44,236 nucleotides of DNA from Pseudomonadota bacterium. Lineage in GTDB: Bacteria > Bdellovibrionota > FAC87 > UBA2466. A model generated the notes under the pieces. The model was not told the DNA's origin, did no database searches, and was given only the letters and a program-made list of their open reading frames with translations. Positions within the stretch are counted from its first letter, which is position 1, and the number at the start of each line of letters is the position of its first letter. The stretch lies in the NCBI GenBank assembly GCA_043718025.1, contig JAYSWN010000002.1, positions 1 through 44,236 on the forward strand. The letters run 5' to 3'. Below are positions 9,243 through 17,993 of the stretch, in pieces. Both the position numbers and the translations under genes were made by a program.

Positions 9243-11138
9243 TTAATTGGGCTCGAATTGCTTTTTTGTTTTCGCGCAGTAGTTTTCTAGTTTCGCCTTC
9301 ATGGTGCCTAGCTCGTCTTCCCAAACCTCTTCTTTGCCGTCTTTGCGTCGAGAAATTACCCAGTCGTAATTTCTTCGGTCGCTATTTTTAGCCGGAGTCA
9401 ATTCTGCGTTGGCGTTTTGCCGAACGAGATCGGTGCCAGCGCCGCTATAAATTTCGGCCTCGATGAGTTCATTGTTACTCATCACTGCCTCGAGCCGGCT
9501 TAGCAGGCGTTTGTTCAACGCCCGAAACTCTGCTTCGATATTGCCCATGATCTGATCGCGTTGCTCAAGCGCAAGCTCATCGTACGAATCGAGAGCCGCC
9601 TGCCAATGCGGTAGCGCCTCGGTAAGTCGCTGGTGCATCGCTTCGGCATTTTTGAGTTCGCTTACTTTGGCCACTTCGTTGGCGAGAGTTCGTTCGATCG
9701 GCTTTTCTTGGTTAACCGCGTCCTCATCTGATTCAGCTGATTCGGAGGCGGCCCGCAGTACATTTTCATCGGCGGTGGCGATGAACACTTCGATTTCGGC
9801 AGCTTTGGCGGCCACGTAGTTATCGGCTTGCGCAATGAGCTTAGGAATTTTTTTGGTTTCGCGAAAACTGAAGTTAATCGCTTGTTGGCCGCGTAAAAAA
9901 GCCGGAGATTTAATCCATTCGCTGATCACTTTTTGGGGGACCCCCGATCTTTTTCCGCGCAGGTAGCTAACCGCCCGTGGGTAGAGTGGCTCACTCTGGC
10001 TTGCCTTATTTTCGGTGTGTTCGCGTAGCCATTGGTAAGTGAACTCGTAGTTCTTTTTGAAAGTTCCCACGGTGCGAAGCGCGGCGGGGAACTGGCAAAT
10101 CTCGACCAGCGAGATGGCGGCCACCATCCACGCCTCGGGCACGAAGGTCTCTTTGAATGCACCAGACTGAAGACTAAAGGACGCGCCGATCGCGTCGGTA
10201 TAATTTTCGCGGGCCAGTTCCACCCATGATCGTAAGTGGAGCGACTGCACAAAGGCGTTATTTTGTTTGTCGACCGAGTCGAGAATTTTTGCGGCCTCAG
10301 GGTACCGCCCCTCGGCATAGTGCACTCTGGCCAGAATAAGGCGGATGTCGTTCTTTAGGTTCTCAATCGACGACGGAAGATCGGTGGCGGTAACGAGGCG
10401 CGAGAGCAGAATTTTTGCCCCTTCGGGTTTTTCTTCGGCGGTGGCTACGGTCAACCGGGCGAAGTCTTCATACGGGCCGGCGCCGTGTAAAAGTTTGACC
10501 GTATTGGCCAACCCCTCTTTCGCAGTTTTGCTTTTTATCCGACGCATCATCAGATGAACTCCGGTTTCCCATAGAATCGGCTGGGATGCGCGGGGAACAA
10601 GACCCGGCTCGAAATAGGCCGGAAGGTTGGCGACGGCCTTTTCGGAAAAAACGGTAACCGGGTAGGTTTTATGAATGCGCACTAAGCAAGCCATGGCCGC
10701 GAGTTGCAGCGGCAGACTGGCGGAGGTGAGGGGCTGTTCCAAGAGCGAGTTGAATTGACTGATGGCTGGGCCATAGAGGCCCGCTTTATAGAACGCCCGG
10801 CCCGTCCAATAGCGCGAAAAATTTTTGACCACGGCGTGCGGCAAGGCACTCACACTCCGTGCTTCGGCATAGCCGCGAAACGGCGAATCTTGCGAACGCA
10901 AAAAACTTTCAAATTCAACTCGGGCCAGTGCGGGCACCAAACTTTGAATCTCAACGCCAAATTTCCACGTCTCGGCGGGGGTGCAGGCCCCATCGACGAC
11001 GGTGGCCAAAATTTTTTGCGGCGGCGATTGTGGTCTGGGCTCGGCCGTTTGGGCTTCGCCGGGCGCGAAGAAAAGTACTAAGACCAGCGCCTTGGTTCGC
11101 CAAGAACTTGAAGAGCAATGTGTTGGCGAACGTAGCAT
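9243..11138 (-). CDS. Secreted TPR/coiled-coil protein, GltC-like
   Basis: Signal peptide, TPR-like helices (LARVHYAEGRYPEAAKILDSV), PEAWMVAAISLVEICQF and C-terminal EEVWEDELG...C, resembling GltC. The ATG at 11138 follows the SD GAGGAGGAG. Confidence 0.65.
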   Translation of the reverse strand: MLRSPTHCSSSSWRTKALVLVLFFAPGEAQTAEPRPQSPPQKILATVVDGACTPAETWKFGVEIQSLVPALARVEFESFLRSQDSPFRGYAEARSVSALPHAVVKNFSRYWTGRAFYKAGLYGPAISQFNSLLEQPLTSASLPLQLAAMACLVRIHKTYPVTVFSEKAVANLPAYFEPGLVPRASQPILWETGVHLMMRRIKSKTAKEGLANTVKLLHGAGPYEDFARLTVATAEEKPEGAKILLSRLVTATDLPSSIENLKNDIRLILARVHYAEGRYPEAAKILDSVDKQNNAFVQSLHLRSWVELARENYTDAIGASFSLQSGAFKETFVPEAWMVAAISLVEICQFPAALRTVGTFKKNYEFTYQWLREHTENKASQSEPLYPRAVSYLRGKRSGVPQKVISEWIKSPAFLRGQQAINFSFRETKKIPKLIAQADNYVAAKAAEIEVFIATADENVLRAASESAESDEDAVNQEKPIERTLANEVAKVSELKNAEAMHQRLTEALPHWQAALDSYDELALEQRDQIMGNIEAEFRALNKRLLSRLEAVMSNNELIEAEIYSGAGTDLVRQNANAELTPAKNSDRRNYDWVISRRKDGKEEVWEDELGTMKAKLENYCAKTKKQFEPN

Positions 11139-11214
11139 CAACTCCTCCTCTCGGCCTCTCAGGCTTATCGACGTAATCTATGAATAAAATTATGGATTTC
11201 ACATACCATTTGGC

Positions 11215-11251
11215 ACTTAGCGGGCTGGCCCATAGTGCCAGCCCGCTAAGT
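11215..11251. repeat. Perfect 15-bp inverted repeat with a 7-nt loop, in a divergent intergenic region
   Basis: ACTTAGCGGGCTGGC-ccatagt-GCCAGCCCGCTAAGT. Confidence 0.9.
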
Positions 11252-11350
11252 TGGTCGCGTCGCGCCGTGTCGCAACGCGTTGATCTGGCCGAGCAAAGCG
11301 GGGGCGTCTATTTTTTTAATGTTGGGGCTCAATGGGTTAGAATTTACCCG

Positions 11351-12802
11351 GTGATTCGTACCAAACTTAGCTTCGTAGTTCTTTTTTTCCCTTTTTTGGC
11401 GCTATTTCACGGATGCATCACGTCGCGAAAAGCAAGAATGAGATTGCGTCTTGATGGCCCCACTTTTCCTACCGGATTTAAATGTGCGGGAGTGCTGGTA
11501 ACCGGCGAGGCTATTCCCACTGAAGACGGATCCGAAACCGTTGTCGATTGGCAGGCCATTTACGAGGGCGAAGTTTGTCCCTACTCTGGCTTGTCTACCG
11601 CAACCCAATTGGTGGCTGGCCAAACCGAGCTAGAGTTTTCACTCTACTTACCCGCCGGAAGAAAAACCACCGTGCAGGTGCTGGGCGTTGAAACCTCCGG
11701 CGAGTGCCCCGACGAAACGCTGGCTGAATTACTTTCGGCAAAGAGAGCGGGAACCCTGCCCAGCGAAATCAAGGGGGTTTACGAACTGGGTCGGCAGTCG
11801 ATTGAATATTTAAAATCAGCCGTCATCGACATTGAGAAAAGTTACGACCCAAATAAATCTAAAAACTTGTTCAGTTGCCATTCTGGCGCTTCAGGCGATG
11901 ACTTGTTTCCCTACAAAGCGCTCACTCTGTTTCCAGGAGATCGCTACATTATTCAACCGACCGGAGGCACTGCCCCTTATGCCTTTGTTAATACGGGAAG
12001 CGGAACGGTTGACCCGTCCGGTGACGAAGCCGAATTTATTGCCGGCCCCAGCGGCGAAGATATTGTTACCATTTCAGATAGTGCCCAGCCGCCCCTAACT
12101 CAGGACATCACGTTTACGGTGGCGGCGGCTATCACCCCCTTTTATTGGTATTCTGCCCGCCAATTTGTTCCACTGGCGGAGGGGGCAGTTATCTCATCAG
12201 ACTGGGTGAACGCAGGAAGCGTAATTGAAAATCTGGTTCCGGCTGGTGGGGCCATCACTATAAAACGCAATGCTGCGCCAAATGGTATGCCGGCGGTCGG
12301 TATTCAAAGCACAGGCACCTTTGCAAAGGCAATTAGCAATTTTCTTGTCGGAAGTCACAGTGTGCTAGTGGTGGCGAAGCGGCTAGGCGCACTCGCTGCT
12401 TCCCTTTTCTGCATGACCAATGTGGATTGCACTCTTGGAAACACTTACAGCCTTATTCAATATCCCAACGCATCAAGTACCGGCAAATTCGCGGTAAGCC
12501 TTGGGTCGGTCCCGGCCGAGGCCAATGTAACCCCAACTGCCCCTAGTGAGGACTGGTCACTTTTCGAAGCACACTTTACAGAGGGTGGTGCGAGCCCAAT
12601 CGAACTAAAATTCCAGGGGGAAGTGGCCACCCAATCGCACAACTTTATCGTTTTTAACCTCAGCACAGGTTATCTAAGATTAGGGGGTATAGATTCTTCT
12701 GGTGCGGAGTCTGCCTTCGAAGTTGCTGAAGTGATCGGAATCCCGGGTTTAAATACCACCGCCGCCGCCGCTACCCTGCGCGCAAAGTACAGCCTGCCGT
12801 AG
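11351..12802 (+). CDS. Surface lipoprotein with Ig-like module and C-terminal LamG/ConA-like jelly-roll (paralog 1)
   Basis: Lipobox FHGC, GGTAPYAF module, and the WYSA...NGMPAV...EVAEVIG...LRAKYSLP pattern. I moved the start from 11180 to GTG 11351 because it aligns with the N-terminus of paralog 2. Confidence 0.7.
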   Translation: MIRTKLSFVVLFFPFLALFHGCITSRKARMRLRLDGPTFPTGFKCAGVLVTGEAIPTEDGSETVVDWQAIYEGEVCPYSGLSTATQLVAGQTELEFSLYLPAGRKTTVQVLGVETSGECPDETLAELLSAKRAGTLPSEIKGVYELGRQSIEYLKSAVIDIEKSYDPNKSKNLFSCHSGASGDDLFPYKALTLFPGDRYIIQPTGGTAPYAFVNTGSGTVDPSGDEAEFIAGPSGEDIVTISDSAQPPLTQDITFTVAAAITPFYWYSARQFVPLAEGAVISSDWVNAGSVIENLVPAGGAITIKRNAAPNGMPAVGIQSTGTFAKAISNFLVGSHSVLVVAKRLGALAASLFCMTNVDCTLGNTYSLIQYPNASSTGKFAVSLGSVPAEANVTPTAPSEDWSLFEAHFTEGGASPIELKFQGEVATQSHNFIVFNLSTGYLRLGGIDSSGAESAFEVAEVIGIPGLNTTAAAATLRAKYSLP

Positions 12803-12891
12803 AGCGACGGTCATGGGCCCTCAAGGTCCCTTGGGTTACCAACGACGAATTTATAGACGTAGGACGCCGTTACCCGGGTTAGAATTCAAAA

Positions 12892-14346
12892 GTGAATCGT
12901 ACGAAATTCAACTGCGTTGCACTACTTTTCCCCTTTTTGTTGCTGTTTCACGGATGCACCGTGTCGCAAAAAGCAAGGTTGAGATTGCGGTTTGATGGCC
13001 CCACTTTTCCTGCGGGATTTAAATGTGCGGGCGTGCTGGTAACCGGTGAAGCCATTCCCTCCGAAGAAAAATCTGAATCCAATGTAGCGTGGCAGTCGAT
13101 CTACGCGGGAGAGGTTTGCCCCTACGCTGGGTTGTCTACCGTCGCTAGTAACGTTGCCGGGCAGACCGAGCTCGAGTTCTCGCTCTATGTACCCGGCGCG
13201 CGAAAAACCACCGTGCAGGTGCTGGGTATTGAAACCACCGGTGATTGCCCCAAACCAACTTTAGGTAAGCTACTTTCGGCAAAAAAAGCGGGAACCCTGC
13301 CTACTGAAATAAAGGGGATTTACGAATTGGGGCGGCAGACGATCCCCAATTTAAAATCAGAAGTCGTTGTCGTTGAAAAAAACTACGACCCCGCAAAATC
13401 TAAAAACCTGTTGAATTGCAATGCGGGCACCTCCGGCGGCAATTTGTTTCCTTACAAAGCGCTCACCCTGTTCCCTGGCGATCGGTACCTGATTAAACCC
13501 ACCGGAGGCACTCCGCCCTACGCCTTTTCTAATTCAGGAACCGGCACGGTTAACCAAGTCGCAGACGAAGCCGAATTTATTGCCGGCGTGACCGGCCAAG
13601 ACATTGTTACCATTTCAGATAGTGCGACGCCCGCACTTACAAGTAACGTCACGTTCACGGTGGCGGCGGCGATCGTTCCCTCTCCAATGTATTGGTATTC
13701 TGCCCGCCACTTTGTTCCACTAGCGGAAGGGACAACTATAGCGACAAACTGGGTGAACTCGGGAAGCGCACTTGATGATCTAGTGCCGGCGGGCGGGTCC
13801 AAAACCATAAAGCGTAATGCTGCGCCAAATGGCATGCCGGCGGTTGGCATTGCATCTGGAGCCAGCTTCTCGAAGCTTACCTCCACTTCTTTCATTGGAA
13901 ATCACAGTGTCTTAGGGGTGGCCCGGCGGCTGGACGCCGCGACGGTTTCTTTTTTCTGTTTTAGCGAATTAAATTGTAGTTCGGGGAACCAATATAGCCT
14001 TATGAAATTTCGCAACACCACCGCTGCCGCAAGGTTCGAGGTAAGCAATATTGCTTACACGGCTTACGCCGAGGTAACCCCAGTTATATCAAATGAGGGA
14101 TGGTCGCTTTTCGAGGGACATTTTCAAGCTGCTGGTTCTCCAATTGACCTGACATTCCGGGGAGAAACGGTCAGCCAACCTCACCTGCTGAGCATCTTTG
14201 GCCCCGGCACAGGGCACATTAGGGTAGGGGGCATAGATGTCACGGGTGCAGAGTCTGCCTTCGAAGTAGCCGAAGTGATCGGTATTCTGGGCACTAGCAC
14301 CACCACCGTCGGCAACACCCTGCGCGCAAAGTACAGCCTGCCGTAA
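12892..14346 (+). CDS. Surface lipoprotein with Ig-like module and C-terminal LamG/ConA-like jelly-roll (paralog 2)
   Basis: Collinear with 11351-12802 over its full length; lipobox FHGC; identical C-terminus TLRAKYSLP. Confidence 0.75.
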   Translation: MNRTKFNCVALLFPFLLLFHGCTVSQKARLRLRFDGPTFPAGFKCAGVLVTGEAIPSEEKSESNVAWQSIYAGEVCPYAGLSTVASNVAGQTELEFSLYVPGARKTTVQVLGIETTGDCPKPTLGKLLSAKKAGTLPTEIKGIYELGRQTIPNLKSEVVVVEKNYDPAKSKNLLNCNAGTSGGNLFPYKALTLFPGDRYLIKPTGGTPPYAFSNSGTGTVNQVADEAEFIAGVTGQDIVTISDSATPALTSNVTFTVAAAIVPSPMYWYSARHFVPLAEGTTIATNWVNSGSALDDLVPAGGSKTIKRNAAPNGMPAVGIASGASFSKLTSTSFIGNHSVLGVARRLDAATVSFFCFSELNCSSGNQYSLMKFRNTTAAARFEVSNIAYTAYAEVTPVISNEGWSLFEGHFQAAGSPIDLTFRGETVSQPHLLSIFGPGTGHIRVGGIDVTGAESAFEVAEVIGILGTSTTTVGNTLRAKYSLP

Positions 14347-14381
14347 AAGGCGCGCCGTTCACAAGCTGAGACGATTGCGGG

Positions 14382-16031
14382 TTACTTAATCCATTTAGGT
14401 CGCGGAAAAGGCGGCAAACCTTGCGCTTCGGCGAGGCGGTTGGCGGAGGTATAAAAACTTTTGGCCTCTTCAGTTCGCCCCAACATCGCCAACGAAACGG
14501 CAAAATTATAGGTAAAGCGTGAATCATTGGGCTCAAGTTCCATCGCTCGCCGAAAGGCGTCACCCGCCGCCGCCAGCTGTTTTCTATGCAACTGCATGGC
14601 GCCTAAACTATTGAACACCTCGGCCCGGGGCCTAAGTTCAGCGGCCTTTTGGTAAAAAATGGCCGCACTGTCGTAGTCATTAGCCTCTTCGTACGCCGCC
14701 GCCAGATTTTTATACGCACGTTCGCTGGAGGGATTGTACTTAAGCGTGTGCGCGTAGAGAGTGAAGTCGTTCTTCCACACCGATACTTGTCGAATGCTCA
14801 CCACGACGCAAAGAAAAATTAGCATCACCGAAAGTAACTTGAGCGGCCGTTTAAAATTTGGCGATTGAAGCAAAAATGAAAACGCCAAGGCCGGACCAAT
14901 CATCGAGAGCAACGCGTACCGATCACAGATGTTGGTGACGTGTTGCATCTCGTGCTCTTTAAAACCCAATACCGGTACTAACGGCGCAATAAAAAAAAGC
15001 AAAGCCGTTGGGGCCAAAGCCGAACTATTTTTTTTATAAGTTCGCGCCACAAGCACAATAACCGTCACGGCGAAAATCGTCGTAAGAATGGTAAACGGAT
15101 TCGCTAAGACTTCGGCCGGTAGACGCCCGTATTCGATCAATAGCGGGTGCGGATAAAACACTTTCGTTACGTAGGCGGTAAACGTGTCTAGCGCGACAAC
15201 GATTCGGCCAAAGGGGTTAGTGGTGAGTGGCGTCGAACTACGGTAAAAATAACTGGTGAGTGCCGAAAAGAACAACGAGATAACGAGCCAGGGAGACAAC
15301 TCTTTTAGCAATCGCCGTGGCGCCATTTTAAAAATGAAATGTCCGACCGTTGCCAAAAATAGCGGTAAGACAATTGCCGATGGTTTAGAAAGCGCCGCCG
15401 CAATAAATAACAACAGACTGGCGCTGTGCCACAAATTCCGGGCCATTACGGTTTGGTTTGGCTCCTTAAACCGCAGGTAGCCAAAAAACGAGGCGAGAAA
15501 AAAAAAGCCCGACAAGGTGCCTTTAAGAGAGGTTACCCACGCCACTGATTCCACTTGTAGCGGGTGCACCGCAAAGAGCGCCGCACCGGCAAAGGCGGGC
15601 CAAATAAAAGCCGCCGCATCGCCCGTGGTTGGGGCTAGTACTTTAAGCAGACGCCGCAAAACTTGAAACACGAGAAACACCGAGGCAAGAAAAAAGACCA
15701 GGTTAGCCAGGTGAAAGAGCGAGGGGTTAAGAATGAGTGAGGCGTCGCCTTGCGCGGTTACCGGTCTAGTGCCTCGATAGCCAAACCACGCCAGCATCGC
15801 CCAAACTGAGTAGGTTAGCGGTATATAGAGATCGAGGTGGGTCTCAGTCCACAGGCGAGCCACGTTGCCCAGAGTGAGTGGATTAAAAAAAGGATTGCCC
15901 GCGATATTTACCGGGTCATCGTAATTTACAAACGGAAAAGAGAGGGTGGGCCAATAGATGGCTATAACTAACAGAGTCAAAAAAAGTAACGGCAAGGCGG
16001 CGGGGGATATTTTGTAATGGTTGATTTTCAA
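14382..16031 (-). CDS. TMTC-like GT-C membrane glycosyltransferase with C-terminal TPRs
   Basis: FVNYDD loop after TM1, FHLANL, LFAVHPLQVESVAWV, LSKP, DRY and VWKNDFTLY, followed by TPR repeats. TTG start. Confidence 0.8.
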   Translation of the reverse strand: MKINHYKISPAALPLLFLTLLVIAIYWPTLSFPFVNYDDPVNIAGNPFFNPLTLGNVARLWTETHLDLYIPLTYSVWAMLAWFGYRGTRPVTAQGDASLILNPSLFHLANLVFFLASVFLVFQVLRRLLKVLAPTTGDAAAFIWPAFAGAALFAVHPLQVESVAWVTSLKGTLSGFFFLASFFGYLRFKEPNQTVMARNLWHSASLLLFIAAALSKPSAIVLPLFLATVGHFIFKMAPRRLLKELSPWLVISLFFSALTSYFYRSSTPLTTNPFGRIVVALDTFTAYVTKVFYPHPLLIEYGRLPAEVLANPFTILTTIFAVTVIVLVARTYKKNSSALAPTALLFFIAPLVPVLGFKEHEMQHVTNICDRYALLSMIGPALAFSFLLQSPNFKRPLKLLSVMLIFLCVVVSIRQVSVWKNDFTLYAHTLKYNPSSERAYKNLAAAYEEANDYDSAAIFYQKAAELRPRAEVFNSLGAMQLHRKQLAAAGDAFRRAMELEPNDSRFTYNFAVSLAMLGRTEEAKSFYTSANRLAEAQGLPPFPRPKWIK

Positions 16032-16118
16032 TTAGGTATTCAACCACGTATGGGCACAATGGCAAGGTAACCCTCGTCGTTAGCGGAAGCAGGCATCTCA
16101 ACAGAACAAACGCGGAAA

Positions 16119-16154
16119 GCGAGTGCCGATTAATTGTATCGAACCGGCACTCGC
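16119..16154 (-). terminator. Probable intrinsic terminator hairpin downstream of the vWA gene
   Basis: 10-bp stem GCGAGTGCCG/CGGCACTCGC with a 16-nt loop, about 25 nt past the stop at 16178. Only a weak T-run (TTTCCGCGTTTGTT) follows on the minus strand. Confidence 0.45.
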
Positions 16155-16177
16155 CAAAAAGGTGAAGTGGTCGGGCT

Positions 16178-17896
16178 TTACGGCCCCAACTGAACTTCAA
16201 TCACAAAGGCGCCGCCACCTGCGTTTGGATCCACATTGCGGCGATCAGCAAAGGCCAAGGTGGGAACGCTCAGCACCGTTTGTCCATTGATGACGGTGCC
16301 GCGCGGTAGAGTGTCGTTAGCCGGATCCGATACGCCCGACCCATACACCGCCACCACCCGAGCCTCGCCCGGAAGCCCTTCGAAGATCAAACGGGCGGCG
16401 AAGTTGGTGCCAAACGAAACCATGCGGGTGTCGAATTGGGCAAAGAGTTTATATAACTCATCGCCGCTCGCCGCGTAGAAGAACATGCCACCCGGTGCGT
16501 TGGCTAAGCGCGAAGCCAGGTCGCGGCTAAATTCGCGGCCCACTCCCACCACGGTGGTGTACTGGTTGCGGGCGGCGGCCCGCATGGCCAGGTTTTCTAA
16601 TTCTGCCGCGTTCAGCTCACCGCTGGTCGCCATAGCGTCGGTAATGAGCACGACTCGGTTTTGGCTCAAGGGATCTGATCCCACCGCAAGGCTATCCAGA
16701 GTTTGGTACGCAGTTTTTTGGGCGTTCCCGATGTTGGTACCCCCTCGCGGCTTGAGGGCTCGAACGCTATCGAGCAAACCACCAAAATTGGTATCCCTTG
16801 TCACCACCAGCTTATCTTGCAGAACTTCTAATTTGTCGTCGAAGGCCAATACCGTAATACGGTCGCCGGGTTTTAGCTGCGACACCAAGTCGCCCAAGGC
16901 GCGCTTGGCCCCTTCGAGGCGGGTCGAGGTGGATCCTACCGCATCGGATGACGACATCGATCCGCTTATGTCGAGCGCCACCACTAGGTTGAGCGGCGGG
17001 CGCAGGTAAGTGGCCTCGTCAATATTTGTGCTCATGCCCACTTGAATCAGCAGACGTCGGCTCTGGGGAAAGTAAAGGCTGTCGCCCAGTGCGAAGGCTG
17101 GCTCGTTTCTATAGTTTGCCGGCAATGCCGGGGTGGTCGACGCCAAGCGAAAGCGTTTTAAGAAGCCATCGAACGAAAAGTCTTCGAGACTGGGAATTTG
17201 TTGGGCTTTCACTTTATCCCAGAAAGAACTATCTGACATTGTGCCGCCAGAAGTCAGCTGCATCGAAGAGCTTTGGAGCGACTCTAATGCGTTGGTTGAC
17301 TCAAATCCCCCGCGGGAGAAGGAAAGAGATTCTAGGGAAGCGCCACGGCTTCGGTAACCGCGGTACTCTTGTGCCTGCTCAAATACATTGGCCAGCGCCG
17401 CCAAGTCAGAATCTAAAGCATAAAACTGTTGCGCTAGTGCCGACGACAATCCGGGCAAACTGCGCGTCTGTGTTTTTAACAACTGAGCGTAGTCTCGCAA
17501 CACTTTGGCAAAGCGTTTTCCCCGGGTCTCGCTCGTTTGGGTTTGATCGTCGGTGGCCGCCACCGGAGGTAAAAGCGGAACTCCACGAAAGGTGAGCGGT
17601 GAAGAAACGGTGGTGGCTTGGGCGCCTAGAGAAAAGCTGGGTTCGGCTTTTTCTTCAGCCCAATCCTTAATCAAAGTTTGAATGGCGCGCCCCGCACTGA
17701 TCACCCAGAAGGTGGCGACCATTTCATTAGACTGCCGTGTCTCCTCAAGCGGGATGCGCAAGGTCCCCTGGTGCCGCTGGCCATTAGCGGCTTGGTAGCC
17801 GTACTCTAAGAGGGCGGTGGGGCAATCTACGGCGGGCATTGCCGGCGTCGCAATTAACAGGGTTAACAGAAAAATCGCGCGAATTCGTAAACACAT
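16178..17896 (-). CDS. Secreted von Willebrand factor A (vWA) domain protein, YfbK-like
   Basis: Signal peptide; RPPLNLVVALDISGSMS (MIDAS), GGTNI and RVVLITDA. The ATG at 17896 has the SD GAGGT; the ORF track start is 17908. Confidence 0.82.
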   Translation of the reverse strand: MCLRIRAIFLLTLLIATPAMPAVDCPTALLEYGYQAANGQRHQGTLRIPLEETRQSNEMVATFWVISAGRAIQTLIKDWAEEKAEPSFSLGAQATTVSSPLTFRGVPLLPPVAATDDQTQTSETRGKRFAKVLRDYAQLLKTQTRSLPGLSSALAQQFYALDSDLAALANVFEQAQEYRGYRSRGASLESLSFSRGGFESTNALESLQSSSMQLTSGGTMSDSSFWDKVKAQQIPSLEDFSFDGFLKRFRLASTTPALPANYRNEPAFALGDSLYFPQSRRLLIQVGMSTNIDEATYLRPPLNLVVALDISGSMSSSDAVGSTSTRLEGAKRALGDLVSQLKPGDRITVLAFDDKLEVLQDKLVVTRDTNFGGLLDSVRALKPRGGTNIGNAQKTAYQTLDSLAVGSDPLSQNRVVLITDAMATSGELNAAELENLAMRAAARNQYTTVVGVGREFSRDLASRLANAPGGMFFYAASGDELYKLFAQFDTRMVSFGTNFAARLIFEGLPGEARVVAVYGSGVSDPANDTLPRGTVINGQTVLSVPTLAFADRRNVDPNAGGGAFVIEVQLGP

Positions 17897-17993
17897 TTGA
17901 GACCTCACTCGTTTCCAATCTGAATGCCGTTTAGCATTTTGGAACCGTGTGTCAAATAATATTTAACGAAGGTTAAAATAGTGAGGTACGTAG

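Noticed and set aside
11180..11350. 57-aa N-terminal extension of paralog 1 given by the ORF track
   Set aside because: It would bury the lipoprotein signal, spans the hairpin, and has no counterpart in paralog 2.
11351..14346. Diversity-generating retroelement (VR/TR pair) in the similar 3' ends of the paralogs
   Set aside because: The differences are not adenine-specific, both copies are full genes, and no reverse transcriptase is in the window.
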